64,000 bases of DNA from Vulcanimicrobiota bacterium (GTDB lineage Bacteria > Vulcanimicrobiota > Vulcanimicrobiia > Vulcanimicrobiales > Vulcanimicrobiaceae), in contig PMOS01000038.1 of the NCBI GenBank assembly GCA_003161435.1, positions 36,605 through 100,604 on the forward strand, in the 5' to 3' direction. The notes under the pieces are model-generated. The model made no database searches, had not been told where the DNA came from, and was given only the letters and a program-made list of their open reading frames with translations. Position numbers and translations under genes: made by a program. This document shows positions 1-9,912 of the stretch, one piece after another; the first letter of the stretch is position 1; the number at the start of each line of letters is the position of its first letter.

Positions 1-573
1 GCCGCGGATGCAGGCGTAGATCTGTGGGATCAGCAGCGGCGCGATCCCGAGCGACGGCTCGTCGAGCATCAGCAGGCGCGGGCCGCTCATCGTGCCGCGC
101 GCGATCGCAAGCATCTGCTGCTCGCCGCCCGAGAGCGTCGAGGCACGCTGCTCGAGCCGCTCGCGCAGGATAGGAAACGCCGCGAACGCCGACTCCAGCC
201 GCGCCGTACGATGCGCCGAATCGCGATCGACGTACGCGCCGAGCAGCAGGTTGTCGCTCACGGTCGCGCTGGCGAAGACGCGCCGGCCCTCCGGGACGTG
301 CGCGATCCCGCGCTTCACGATCCGATGCGCGGGCATGCGGGTGATGTCGTCGCCGTCGAAGCGAATCGTTCCGGCCTGTGCGCGCACCAAGCCACTGATG
401 GCGCGCAACAGCGAGGTCTTGCCGGCACCGTTTGCGCCGATGAGCGCGACGATCGTCCCGGCTTCGGCGCGCAACGAGACGTCCTGCAGCGCACGCATCC
501 CGTCGTACGCGACCGACAGCGCGTCGATCTCGAGCAGTGCCGGCGGCGCGCCGCGCGCGGCAACGGCGCTCAC
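1..573 (-). CDS. livF: Branched-chain amino acid ABC transporter ATP-binding protein (LivF-like), 3' end cut by the window edge
   Basis: Manual translation from GTG at 573 gives Walker A GANGAGKT, LSGGEQQM and LMLDEPSLG; GTGA overlap with the upstream gene. Confidence 0.9.
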   Translation of the reverse strand, partial: MSAVAARGAPPALLEIDALSVAYDGMRALQDVSLRAEAGTIVALIGANGAGKTSLLRAISGLVRAQAGTIRFDGDDITRMPAHRIVKRGIAHVPEGRRVFASATVSDNLLLGAYVDRDSAHRTARLESAFAAFPILRERLEQRASTLSGGEQQMLAIARGTMSGPRLLMLDEPSLGIAPLLIPQIYACIRG

Positions 574-1343
574 GGCTTGTGCTCCGCGATCTCGCGGTGC
601 TCGAGCGGCGAGCCCAGATACGCCTCGATCACGCGCGGGTCGCGTACCGCTTCGCTCGCTGCGCCGGTGAAGATCGTCTTCCCGGCAGCGATCACGACGA
701 TGTGGTCGGCGATCGGCATCAGCACTTCCATCACGTGCTCCACCATCAGCACGGTGATACCGCGCGCGATGATGCGCCGCAACAGGCCGACCGCGTCATG
801 GCACTCGGACGGCGTCAGTCCGGCCATCACCTCGTCCAGCAAGAGCAGCGACGGGTCGGTGGCGAGCGCGCGCGCGACTTCCAGCCGCTTCTTGTCGGCG
901 ATCGTCAGCGCACGCCCGAGCCGGTAGCGCTTGTCGGCCAGTCCGGCGAAGGCGAGCACGTCTTGGGCGTATGCGACCGCATCGCGCAGATGCGGGTGCC
1001 GCAACAACGCGGCAGTCGTGACCGCTTCCAGCACGGTCATGTCGGCGAACGTCTGGACGATCTGATACGTCCGACCGATCCCCAACGCCGCGACGCGATG
1101 GTAGGCCAGCCCCGCGATCTCGCGGCCGCGAAAGCGCACGCTTCCGGCAGTCGGTTTGTCGGCGCCGGCGATGCACGAGAACGCGGTCGACTTGCCCGCG
1201 CCGTTCGGCCCGATCAGCCCGGTCAACGACCCTTCGGCGACGTCGAGGTCGACGCCGTCGAGCGCCCGCAACGAACCGAAGCGCTTCGACAACCCACGCA
1301 CCTCGAGGAGCGCCGCCGTCCCTGAGCTCGTCGCGGCGTTCAC
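570..1343 (-). CDS. livG: ABC transporter ATP-binding protein (LivG-like)
   Basis: GPNGAGKST, LLLLDEVMAG, C-terminal VIEAYLG; GTG start at 1343 overlaps the livM stop. Confidence 0.9.
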   Translation of the reverse strand: MNAATSSGTAALLEVRGLSKRFGSLRALDGVDLDVAEGSLTGLIGPNGAGKSTAFSCIAGADKPTAGSVRFRGREIAGLAYHRVAALGIGRTYQIVQTFADMTVLEAVTTAALLRHPHLRDAVAYAQDVLAFAGLADKRYRLGRALTIADKKRLEVARALATDPSLLLLDEVMAGLTPSECHDAVGLLRRIIARGITVLMVEHVMEVLMPIADHIVVIAAGKTIFTGAASEAVRDPRVIEAYLGSPLEHREIAEHKP

Positions 1344-2323
1344 GCAGTACCCGTCGCGCCCGGAGGAATATCCGCCGCGCCGCGGCGACGGCGCAACGCG
1401 TCGACCACCGTTCCGACGATCCCGTGTGGCTTCCACGCTGCGATGAGGCAGATGATCGCGCCGTAGATCACCAGATCGTAACCCTTGCCGGTCCCGCCGA
1501 TGCGCAGCGCGACGCCTTTCGCCAACACGACGTAGACGAGCGCGCCGGCGGCCGGTCCCCACAGCGTCCCGATCCCGCCGACCACGCCGATCAGCGCGAT
1601 GTCGATCGAGATCGCCAGCGCGATCGTCGAGGGCGGGTCGACGAACAGCGTGTACTGCGCGTACAGCACGCCGGCTGCGGCGGCCATCGTCGCCGACCAG
1701 GCGAACGCGATCAGCTTCCAGCGCCGCTCATCGATCCCGACCGACGCGGCCGCCGCATGGTTCGCGCGCAGCGCACGCAGATAGTAGCCCAGCCGCGAGC
1801 GTTCGAGCGCGATCGTCGCCAGCTGCACGATCGCGAACAGCGCGAGCGCCAGCAGCACGTACGGTCCCTTGTCCGGGAACTGCAGCGCCGCCCAGCCCGA
1901 CTGGATCGGCAGCTCGAAGCCGTTGGCGCGGCCCAGCCACGGCTGCGTGCGCACGAACGCGTCGACCAGCGCGGCGACCGCGATCGTGGCGATCGAGAAA
2001 TAGTGCCCGCGCAGCGCGAGCGTCGGGAAACCGGTGACCAGCGCGAGCAGCGCCGCGACCAGCGCACCGGCCGGAATCGCCAACCACGGCGAGAGGCCGT
2101 GCGTCACGCACAGCGCGGACGCGTACGCACCGCACCCGAAGAAGATCGCGTGTCCGAACGAGATGTTGCCGGCGTAGCCGCTGATCCAGTTCCAGGACTG
2201 GCCCAGCACCGCGTAGAGCAGCAGCGTGAAAAACAAGTCCAGCGTCACCGCGTCGCGCAAGCCGAATGCGGCGGCCGCACCGAGGACGACGATCGCGCCG
2301 AGCGCGAGCAGATGCCATCTCAT
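1340..2323 (-). CDS. livM: Branched-chain amino acid ABC transporter permease (LivM-like)
   Basis: GYAGNISFGHAIFFGCGAY, LRGHYFSIAT, GGIGTLWGP; ATGA overlap at 2320-2323. Confidence 0.9.
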   Translation of the reverse strand: MRWHLLALGAIVVLGAAAAFGLRDAVTLDLFFTLLLYAVLGQSWNWISGYAGNISFGHAIFFGCGAYASALCVTHGLSPWLAIPAGALVAALLALVTGFPTLALRGHYFSIATIAVAALVDAFVRTQPWLGRANGFELPIQSGWAALQFPDKGPYVLLALALFAIVQLATIALERSRLGYYLRALRANHAAAASVGIDERRWKLIAFAWSATMAAAAGVLYAQYTLFVDPPSTIALAISIDIALIGVVGGIGTLWGPAAGALVYVVLAKGVALRIGGTGKGYDLVIYGAIICLIAAWKPHGIVGTVVDALRRRRGAADIPPGATGTA

Positions 2324-3186
2324 CGCCGGCCGAGCAGTCCCTGCGGGCGCAGCAGCACGATGGCGAGGTACGCGACGTAGACCGGCACCATCTTGAGCTC
2401 GGGCGCCAGGTAGTAGCCGCCAAGTACTTCGAGCATCCCGACCAACAGCGCCGCGACGAGCGCGCCTTGGATGCTGCCGAAGCCGCCCAGCGCCACGACG
2501 ACGAAGGCGGTCAACGCGAACGACGCGCCGGCCGTCGGAAAAACCGGAAACGACAACATCAGCAGCGCCCCGGCCGCCCCGACACACGCGGCGCCGATCC
2601 CGAACGCGAGGGCGTTCACGCGCTGGACGTCGATTCCCATCAGCGTTGCGGCGACGCGATCCTCGGCGACGGCACGCATCGCGCGACCGGTCTCGGTGTA
2701 CTCGACGAATGCGAATAACGCTCCGGTGAGCACGAGCGCGCCGATCCCCTCGACCAGCGTCGCTTGCGAAAGCGCGACCGCGCCCAGCCGCAGCGTTCCT
2801 TGGAACGGCGGGTGCGGCACCGATTGGAAGTCGCCGGTGAAGAGCGACTGCGCCAGTCCCTGCAAGAGCACGAGCAGTCCGAACGTGCCGAACACCGTCG
2901 CCTCCGGCGGCCCCGCCAACAGCCGCCGGATGAAGACGCGGTAGATCACGACGCCGAACAGGAACAGCGCGATCGCGACCAGCGGCAATCCGACCAGCGG
3001 CCCGATCCCGACCAGCGCGAGCCCCAGCGTCGCGTACATCGCGAGCATGAGGAACTCGCCGTGCGCGAAGTTCACCACGTCCATCACGCCGTAGACGAGC
3101 GTCAGCCCGACCGCGACCAGCGCGAACACGAGGCCCGCCAGCAGTCCGCCGGCGAGCAGCTGTTCGAAGGTGGTCAGTGCTTCCAC
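2320..3186 (-). CDS. livH: Branched-chain amino acid ABC transporter permease (LivH-like)
   Basis: GLTLVYGVMDVVNFAHGEF, GRAMRAVAED, LRPQGLLG; start approximate (GTG 3186). Confidence 0.9.
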   Translation of the reverse strand: MEALTTFEQLLAGGLLAGLVFALVAVGLTLVYGVMDVVNFAHGEFLMLAMYATLGLALVGIGPLVGLPLVAIALFLFGVVIYRVFIRRLLAGPPEATVFGTFGLLVLLQGLAQSLFTGDFQSVPHPPFQGTLRLGAVALSQATLVEGIGALVLTGALFAFVEYTETGRAMRAVAEDRVAATLMGIDVQRVNALAFGIGAACVGAAGALLMLSFPVFPTAGASFALTAFVVVALGGFGSIQGALVAALLVGMLEVLGGYYLAPELKMVPVYVAYLAIVLLRPQGLLGRR

Positions 3187-4448
3187 GCCGGCATCGGCCA
3201 CACCACGGGCCGCACGGCGACGTCGAACGGCCAAACGGTCTCGTACTTTCCGTCCTGCAGCTGTTCGATGATCCCGGCGCCGCCGTCGTTCTGGCCGGTC
3301 GCGTCGAAGTGGATCCGGCTCCACGGCATCAGCGTCAGCTTGCCGGGGATGTTGGTCTTCATCAGCGCGTCGCGAATCGCGTCGGGCTTGGTCGAGCCGG
3401 CGCGGTCGATGGCATCGGCGAGGACGAGCACGCCCATGAAATCGCGCGCCGTATTGCCGTCGAGCGGTTTCGCGCCGTCGGACCGCTGGCGAAAGAGCTG
3501 GTCGATGAGCGGCACGGCCTGGTTGCGGTACTTGATGTCCATCGAGAAGACTTCACGCGTGAACACGCCCTCCGCGTCGGCCCCGATCGCTTTGAGGAAA
3601 TTGGGATCGACGAAACCCGCGTCCTGAGCGAAGATCGCCTTGACGTTGACCCCTTGCTGCTTGTAGCCGCGCATGAACAGCAGCGCGTCGGGGACGTACG
3701 ACGCCTGGAAGATGACGTCGGGCGACGACGTCTTGACGCGCTGCACCTCGGCGTTCACTTCGGTGGTCGTCGCCGGATACGAGACGCGCGTGGCGACGTC
3801 GTAGCCGTACTTCTTGGCGCCGGCTTCTTCGGCATCGCCGGCTCCCGTTCCGAACAGACCGTCCTCACCGACGACCGCCACGCGCTTGACGGCGATGTTC
3901 TTGGACTTCTTGAGGTCACCCAAGAACTGGTAGAAGTTCTCCGCGAACGTTCCGTCGTGCGGCGTCGTGCGGAAGAACCACTTGAGCCCGCGCGCGGTGA
4001 GCCCGGGCGCCGAGGAATCAGGGTTCAGGAACGGGATGCCGGCGCGCTCCGCGACCTGCGACGCGGTCGCCGTCGTCGACGACGCGTACGTGCCGATCAG
4101 CGCGACGGCGTGCTCTTGCGTGATGAGCTGCTCGGCGGCGGCGCGCGCCTGATCGGGCTTGCCCTGCGAGTCCGCGAACACCAAGCGGATGCGCGCGTGA
4201 CCGAGATGCGGCAGTCCGGTCTTCCCGACCATCGGCAGCGGGTAACTGACGTGGCCGTTGACCAGGTCGGCGGCCAACTGCTGCGCCGTGCGCAACCCGG
4301 CGCCGGTCTGCGCCAACGCGCCGGTCAGCGGCAGGACCGAACCGATCACGATCTCCGGCGCGTCGGCGGCGCGGGTAGCAGCCGGCCCTGAGACGGCGGC
4401 GGCGACGAGTGCTGTGACAATGAGCGCGCCAAGGCGTCGGACGTGCAT
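3174..4448 (-). CDS. ABC transporter substrate-binding protein (LivK/LivJ family)
   Basis: Signal peptide, IGSVLPLTG, FFRTTP; GGAGG RBS upstream of ATG 4448. Confidence 0.88.
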   Translation of the reverse strand: MHVRRLGALIVTALVAAAVSGPAATRAADAPEIVIGSVLPLTGALAQTGAGLRTAQQLAADLVNGHVSYPLPMVGKTGLPHLGHARIRLVFADSQGKPDQARAAAEQLITQEHAVALIGTYASSTTATASQVAERAGIPFLNPDSSAPGLTARGLKWFFRTTPHDGTFAENFYQFLGDLKKSKNIAVKRVAVVGEDGLFGTGAGDAEEAGAKKYGYDVATRVSYPATTTEVNAEVQRVKTSSPDVIFQASYVPDALLFMRGYKQQGVNVKAIFAQDAGFVDPNFLKAIGADAEGVFTREVFSMDIKYRNQAVPLIDQLFRQRSDGAKPLDGNTARDFMGVLVLADAIDRAGSTKPDAIRDALMKTNIPGKLTLMPWSRIHFDATGQNDGGAGIIEQLQDGKYETVWPFDVAVRPVVWPMPAWKH

Positions 4449-4515
4449 GGGACCTCCTCTAATTGGGTCGATGGTGCTACGGGAGCCTAGGTTGTCCGGC
4501 GCGGGCCGGCCGAAC

Positions 4516-5640
4516 TCATTCGGCCACGACGAGCACGCACTCGGGCGCATCCCCTAGCTGCGGGCCGAACGTCGACAGCGTGCCGGTCGACGGGTCGAAC
4601 GCGAACAGCTGCATCTGCTTCCGACTCCCGAAGATGAGCGTGCCGTCGGGGGTGAAAGCCAGGCCGGACAGGTCCTTCAGCGCTTCGGCAGCGCTCGGAA
4701 GATCGGCCGTGATCGAGCTCGTCGACGAGCTGATGACCAGGCTGAGATCCTTCGTTTTCGGATCGTAGGCGAAGATCGCTTCGTTGCCGGGACTGCCGAT
4801 GTAGACGATTCCGCTGGTCGGGCTCACCGCGACGCCGACCGGTTTGTCGAGCACGTTCGGATTTGCGCTCGTGTCCGACGTGGTCGACACCCAACCGTGG
4901 AACTTGCCGCTCTTGTGGCCGTAAACGCCGACGCGGTCCTTCGCCTCGTCGGCGACGTAGAGCCGTTTGCCGGCGACGACGAGGCCACGCACCGAATGAC
5001 GCGTTTGTTTCTTCGCCGCCAGCGCTTCGTCGGCGGCGTCGGCGGCATGCGACTCGGTCGCGACCGTCTGCGCATCGAAGCCTTCCATCGACAACCCGCC
5101 GTCTTTGGTGTCGACGGCCGGCGGCGTCTTCTTTCCGACCTTCACCGGCTCGGCCGACGCGACGAACGTCGCCGCGTAGAAGTCACCCTTCGGATCGAGC
5201 TTCTCGAGATACGATGCGACGGCAGCGTTCTTCGCGTCGGGCATCTTCTTGCTGCTGCCGGAGATCGCGTAGGACGAGACGACGTTGGTGTCCTGACTGG
5301 ATACGAACAGCGTCTTACCGTCGAACGCGACGCCGTACGGATGGAGCAGCGCCTTGCTCGACTTGGGCGTGATCAGCGTTCCGAGATAGGTTCGGCTGTA
5401 GCCGTCCTCGTTGATCGTCGCGGAGAATACGTCGACCGCCGAGCCCTTCTTGTAGGCGTTGGCGACGTACAGGCGTCCGCTACCGTCGACCGCGAGACCG
5501 CGCAACTCGTCGTACGGTCCGCCGCCGGCGAGCACGAGTCCGAGGTACGCGCCCTCGGATGACAGCGCGCCGACGTTGAGGATCTTCGAACCCGCTTCGC
5601 CCGAGAAGCTGACGTAGATCTGGTAGTCGCTGGATGCCAT
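4516..5640 (-). CDS. Hypothetical beta-propeller (NHL/SMP-30-like repeat) protein
   Basis: Repeated blade motifs GLAVDGSGRLYVAN, PYGVAFDG, PVGVAVSP, GLAFTPDG. Confidence 0.65.
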   Translation of the reverse strand: MASSDYQIYVSFSGEAGSKILNVGALSSEGAYLGLVLAGGGPYDELRGLAVDGSGRLYVANAYKKGSAVDVFSATINEDGYSRTYLGTLITPKSSKALLHPYGVAFDGKTLFVSSQDTNVVSSYAISGSSKKMPDAKNAAVASYLEKLDPKGDFYAATFVASAEPVKVGKKTPPAVDTKDGGLSMEGFDAQTVATESHAADAADEALAAKKQTRHSVRGLVVAGKRLYVADEAKDRVGVYGHKSGKFHGWVSTTSDTSANPNVLDKPVGVAVSPTSGIVYIGSPGNEAIFAYDPKTKDLSLVISSSTSSITADLPSAAEALKDLSGLAFTPDGTLIFGSRKQMQLFAFDPSTGTLSTFGPQLGDAPECVLVVAE

Positions 5641-5694
5641 GGGCCGTCCTCATCACCGGGAAGATGGCGGGCGCCCTGCGCGAACGAGCACGTC

Positions 5695-6561
5695 GTGTTG
5701 TCGACATTTTCGATCGTCGCGGCCGATCCGACAGAACGCGAGTTGGGAATCGCGGTCCAGTCGAAGTTTCTGGCCGTCGGGGCGGTGGTCCCTTGGCTGG
5801 CCGCCGGAGTCGGCGCGATTGCGACGCAGGCCTGGGCCAACACCGCGTTCGGACCGCTCGCGCTCGAGCGGCTCCGCAACGGCGAGGCACCAGAACTCGT
5901 CGCACAAGCCCTGGCGTCCGGCGACGAAGGCGCGCAGGACCGCCAGTTCGGGATCGTCGACGCGCGCGGCCGAGCAGCGACGTTCACCGGCTCACGCTGC
6001 ATCCCGTCGGCCGGCGGCGTCACCGGCGACGGCTTTGCGGCGCAGGGAAACTGTCTGGCCGGCCCGGGCGTCGTCCCCGCCATCGCCACGGCGTTCGCGG
6101 ACGCCCATGGTACCTTGGCCGACCGGCTCGTCGTCGCGCTCGCGGCGGGTCAACGCGCCGGAGGCGACAAGCGCGGCCAGCAGAGCGCGGCACTGATCGT
6201 GGTCAAGCCGAACGCCGGGTACGGCGGCTTTAACGACCGCTACGTCGACCTTCGGGTCGACGACCACCCCGCACCGATCGACGAGCTGGCGCGCCTGCTC
6301 GAGCTCCACAAGCTCTATCACTTCCCGGCGGCGCCCCAGGACGTGCTGACGATCGACGACGCCCTCGGCCGCGAGCTCGTCACGCAACTCGCGCGGGTGG
6401 GCGCGCTCACTCCGAGCAGCGATGAATTCGACGACGTCGCGCGCGCCGCGCTGGTCGCGTTCATGCACGTCGAGAACCTCGAGAACCGCGTGCGCGACGA
6501 CGGCGCGATCGACCGCCAGACGCTGGGCTATCTGCGCGCGTTTCACCGAACGCCGGCCTGA
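5695..6561 (+). CDS. DUF1028 family protein (Ntn-hydrolase fold) with C-terminal putative peptidoglycan-binding domain
   Basis: N-terminal TFSIVAAD, GAIATQA, GGDKRGQQSAAL, DLRVDDHP, ENLENR. Confidence 0.85.
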   Translation: MLSTFSIVAADPTERELGIAVQSKFLAVGAVVPWLAAGVGAIATQAWANTAFGPLALERLRNGEAPELVAQALASGDEGAQDRQFGIVDARGRAATFTGSRCIPSAGGVTGDGFAAQGNCLAGPGVVPAIATAFADAHGTLADRLVVALAAGQRAGGDKRGQQSAALIVVKPNAGYGGFNDRYVDLRVDDHPAPIDELARLLELHKLYHFPAAPQDVLTIDDALGRELVTQLARVGALTPSSDEFDDVARAALVAFMHVENLENRVRDDGAIDRQTLGYLRAFHRTPA

Positions 6562-7666
6562 AACGGTTCTTCGATCGCCGGCGACCGCTTCAGCAAGACG
6601 ACGTTCGGATCGTTACCGTGGCGCGACGCGACGGCAAGAAGAGAGCCGTCGGACGCAATCGCGAAGGCGCTCGAAACATGCCAGCCGCGATCGCGGATGA
6701 CGGTATCGAGTCGCGTTATCGCGCGGCGCCCGCCGGGCTGAATCACGAACCCATCGTCTCCGATCGCCCCGACGATCGTGCCACGATCGGATATGGCAAA
6801 AGCCGAACCGGTGCCCGCACTCAGCCGAACAGGACGCCCGCGATGCCACAACATCGGATGGCCGGCGACGTCCATGCTCGCACGATCGTCTCCGACGACA
6901 TCTCCCGCGGCGTTGGCGCTCCACGCGACGCCGGCACCCAACCTTACGCGCCTGCGGTCGATCCACTCCAGAGCGCCGAGCTTGTGAAGCCCGGGAAAGC
7001 CGGCATCGTAGCCTGTCACGTACCTTCCGCGGACGGCCGTTGCGATGCCGTGTCCCAGAAAGTTCTGCGCACGTTCGTCGACGAGCACTACTTCATCTTG
7101 GTTTGCGATGAAGCCGGCGTCGCCGGGAGGCTCGTCGCGATAATCGCCGACGATGACGACCTTCGATCGTCGCTCGGCAGCCGCCACCCAACGGTTTCCC
7201 GCCCGGGTCGGTACCGTGTCTGATACGTCCGGCCGCCATCCTCCTGAAGTTCGAACAAACGCAGCTTCTTCAAATCCCGTGTACGCGCCGTCGAACGGTG
7301 CCGTGATATTGACGAACGGCGTTCCATCGTCTGATAGAAGGACGCTTTCGATTCGCGCGCCGGGGACGGTGTTCTGGCCGCTCGGGTTGTACATCGTACG
7401 CGCAAAGATCTGCCCCAGATCCGTGTCGGACGGTGGATCGAGCACCATCGGAGCCCCGCCGCGACGGAAAATGCGCAGCCGCTGGGCTTGCGACCGTGCG
7501 AGGTCGTGACGATGACGATGGTCCCGTTCCGCGCCATTGCAAGTTGACTCGGACGAGGATAGACGAATTGCGGAGCCCAGGGGGGCTGGGATGGGCTGAT
7601 CATCGTCCCCGCCGGGAGTGCAAGGACCTGCAACGAGTACACCACGGCACCGAGCAGAGAGATCAT
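6543..7666 (-). pseudogene. Secreted HAF-repeat-like protein split by a frameshift near 7480-7495
   Basis: The signal-peptide ORF from 7666 and the ORF carrying repeats AWSANAAGDVVG / AFAISDRGTIVG / AFAIASDG lie in different frames and join with a 1-nt shift. Confidence 0.55.
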
Positions 7667-7693
7667 GGCGCGCCGGGTTTCATCTCGGTCGGT

Positions 7694-9337
7694 TTAGATC
7701 GACCACTGGTAGGCGTTCCAGTCCTCGATGATACCGTTGGGACGGAAGCCCTTGAGGTCGCTGTTGATCGCTTCGATCTGTCGAGGCCACCAGAGGTAGA
7801 CGTACGGTGTGTCGCGCGCGAGCAGCTCCTCGATCGTCGCGTAGGCGCGCTTGCGGGTCGGGCGGTCGTAGTGCGAGAGCGCGACCCGCTGCGCGGCGTC
7901 CATCGCCGGGCTGCAGTAGCGCGTCCAGTTGTAGCCCTTCGGCGCGACCTGGTCGCAGGTGAGCTGCGTGGAGTCGTCGGGATCGCTGCCCGCGTACCAA
8001 GTCTGCAGCGAGGCGTCGAATTTTCCGTCGGCTTGGATACCGGTACCCGGTGGCCCGTAGAGCAGCGATGTCGTGTAGCCCTTGAGGTCGGTTTCGATTC
8101 CGGCGTCCTTGAGCATCGAGGCGATCAGCACGCCCCGGTTGCGGTCGGTGATGCTGTCGGTGCGGTACGACAGACCCATCGAAAAGCGCTTGCCGTTCTT
8201 CACGCGCACACCGTCGGATCCGCGCCTCCAGCCGGCGGCGTCGAGCAACGCGTTCGCGCGCGGCAGATCGCGCACCGTCGTACCGGCCTTCGGGTCGAAC
8301 GCCCACATGAACGGCGGTAAGTCCTCGGTCGCAGCTACGGTCGTTCCGAACGTCGCCTCGCGGACCAGCTGCGGCTTGTCGATCGCGAGCCCGATCGCCC
8401 GTCGCACGTTCGCATCGTCGTACGGCGCGCGCTTGGTGTTGAGGAGGATGGAGTCGTTCGCATTCATCGGAACGAGCCGGACCTCGACGCCCGCGATCGA
8501 CGTCAGCTGCGGGTACATGCGCGGCGTCGCGGCGTAGAACCAGTCGATCTCGTGCGCGCGCATCTGGCTCGCGATCGTGTTCTCGTCCGGAACGAGGGAC
8601 ACGACGATCCGCCGCAGCTTCGGCTTCCCCAGAAAGTAGTCGTCGTTCGCGACGAACTCGATGCGATCGCCGCGCAGCCATCGTACGATCTTGAACGGCC
8701 CGGTGCCGACGGGCTTCGCGTTGAACGGAACGCGGTTCAAGTCGTGGTAGCGCTCGAGCAAGTGCGCGGGCAGGATGAAATACGGCGCATCGCTGTGCGC
8801 GAAGAAGGTATGCACCGCCGGCGAGAATGGCCGCTTCAGCCGAAACACGGCCGTGTAGCGATCCGGCGTTTCGACGCGCGCGATCTGATCGTACCCGTGC
8901 CGCGTCGCAACGGTCGTCGCCGGATTCATGATCGCGTGATAAGAGAACGCGACGTCGCGACTGGTGAACGGCGCTCCGTCCTGCCAGCGCACGTTGTGCC
9001 GCAGATGGTACGTGAGCGTCAGTCCGTCGCGGCTGATGCCACCGTTCTCGAGCGTCGGGACGACGGCGGCGAGGATCGGCACGTCTCGGCCTCGCTCGTC
9101 GACGGCGATCAGCGGATCGAGCGCCAACGCTTGGACGTTTGCCTCGACCTGCTCCGTCGAGAGAAACGGGTTGAGCGTGTTCAGCCCGATGCTCGTCGCG
9201 ACGCGCAGCGTCTCGGGCTGCGTCCATGGATGCCGGCCACCCGTAGTTGAATCGCCGGCGACGCGCGAACACGCCGCGAGCAGGATCGTCGACGCCAGCA
9301 GCAGCACGCTCCGGAGCGCCCGCCGCGAACTCTTCAT
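7694..9337 (-). CDS. Peptide ABC transporter substrate-binding lipoprotein (SBP family 5), stand-alone
   Basis: Lipobox LAAC, WQDGAPFTSRDVAFS, PVGTGPFK. Confidence 0.9.
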   Translation of the reverse strand: MKSSRRALRSVLLLASTILLAACSRVAGDSTTGGRHPWTQPETLRVATSIGLNTLNPFLSTEQVEANVQALALDPLIAVDERGRDVPILAAVVPTLENGGISRDGLTLTYHLRHNVRWQDGAPFTSRDVAFSYHAIMNPATTVATRHGYDQIARVETPDRYTAVFRLKRPFSPAVHTFFAHSDAPYFILPAHLLERYHDLNRVPFNAKPVGTGPFKIVRWLRGDRIEFVANDDYFLGKPKLRRIVVSLVPDENTIASQMRAHEIDWFYAATPRMYPQLTSIAGVEVRLVPMNANDSILLNTKRAPYDDANVRRAIGLAIDKPQLVREATFGTTVAATEDLPPFMWAFDPKAGTTVRDLPRANALLDAAGWRRGSDGVRVKNGKRFSMGLSYRTDSITDRNRGVLIASMLKDAGIETDLKGYTTSLLYGPPGTGIQADGKFDASLQTWYAGSDPDDSTQLTCDQVAPKGYNWTRYCSPAMDAAQRVALSHYDRPTRKRAYATIEELLARDTPYVYLWWPRQIEAINSDLKGFRPNGIIEDWNAYQWSI

Positions 9338-9391
9338 CCGGGTCGCACTTCGCGGCGTGAGCGGGCCGTCCCCGATTCGTCGCCGGGCGGG

Positions 9392-9818
9392 CTAGAGGGG
9401 CCGCACGAGCATCAACGCGATGACCGCGACATATGCCAGCGAAAAGACCGACAGGGTGAGAACGATCGGCGAGCTCGAGACGACGCCGCCCGCCGAGGCG
9501 GCGCGCTGGGCGCGCGCTTGCCAGGGGATCAATGATCGCCGCCTGCGCGGTCAGGGCTACGGCGATCAACACGTAGGTCAGCAACAGCCAACGGCTCAGG
9601 AGCGGCACGCCGGCGAGCGCCGCGACCGCGAAACCGCAGAGTACGCCCAGACCCAGGGCGGGACCAAAGACGCGCGCGTTGCGCCGCCACGCCGCGACCG
9701 CGTCGCTGCCGCCCCGGGCTCGGCAGAGCTGCAAGACGATGAGGTTGGTCGCGATGAGTCCGACGTATCCGGTCGTCGTCAGGACGACGTGGGCGATCAG
9801 GAAGCCAAGCAAGAGCAT
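9392..9818 (-). pseudogene. DUF2269-like membrane protein with a +1 frameshift at ~9532
   Basis: Hydrophobic N-terminal part; removing one base from ATC-ATTG-ATC restores IPWQARAQ...VIALMLVRPL-stop (TAG 9392-9394). Confidence 0.6.
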
Positions 9819-9859
9819 ATCAGGCTAGCTCGCGAGCAAAACAGGAGGCGATCTTATTT

Positions 9860-9887
9860 AGATAGACTATCTGATTGAAAATGTCAA
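9860..9887. promoter_or_regulatory. Candidate TetR operator (AGATAG-A-CTATCT) next to a minus-strand TTGACA
   Basis: Perfect 6-1-6 inverted repeat at 9860-9872 in the AT-rich gap between divergent genes; TGTCAA at 9882-9887. Confidence 0.5.
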
Positions 9888-9912
9888 CGGGTATGTCGTC
9901 GAAAGGCTCAGG

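Noticed and set aside
7680-9818. 712-aa ORF
   Set aside because: Product of the frameshift at ~9532 running out of frame over the SBP gene; Arg/Ala-rich nonsense after residue ~95
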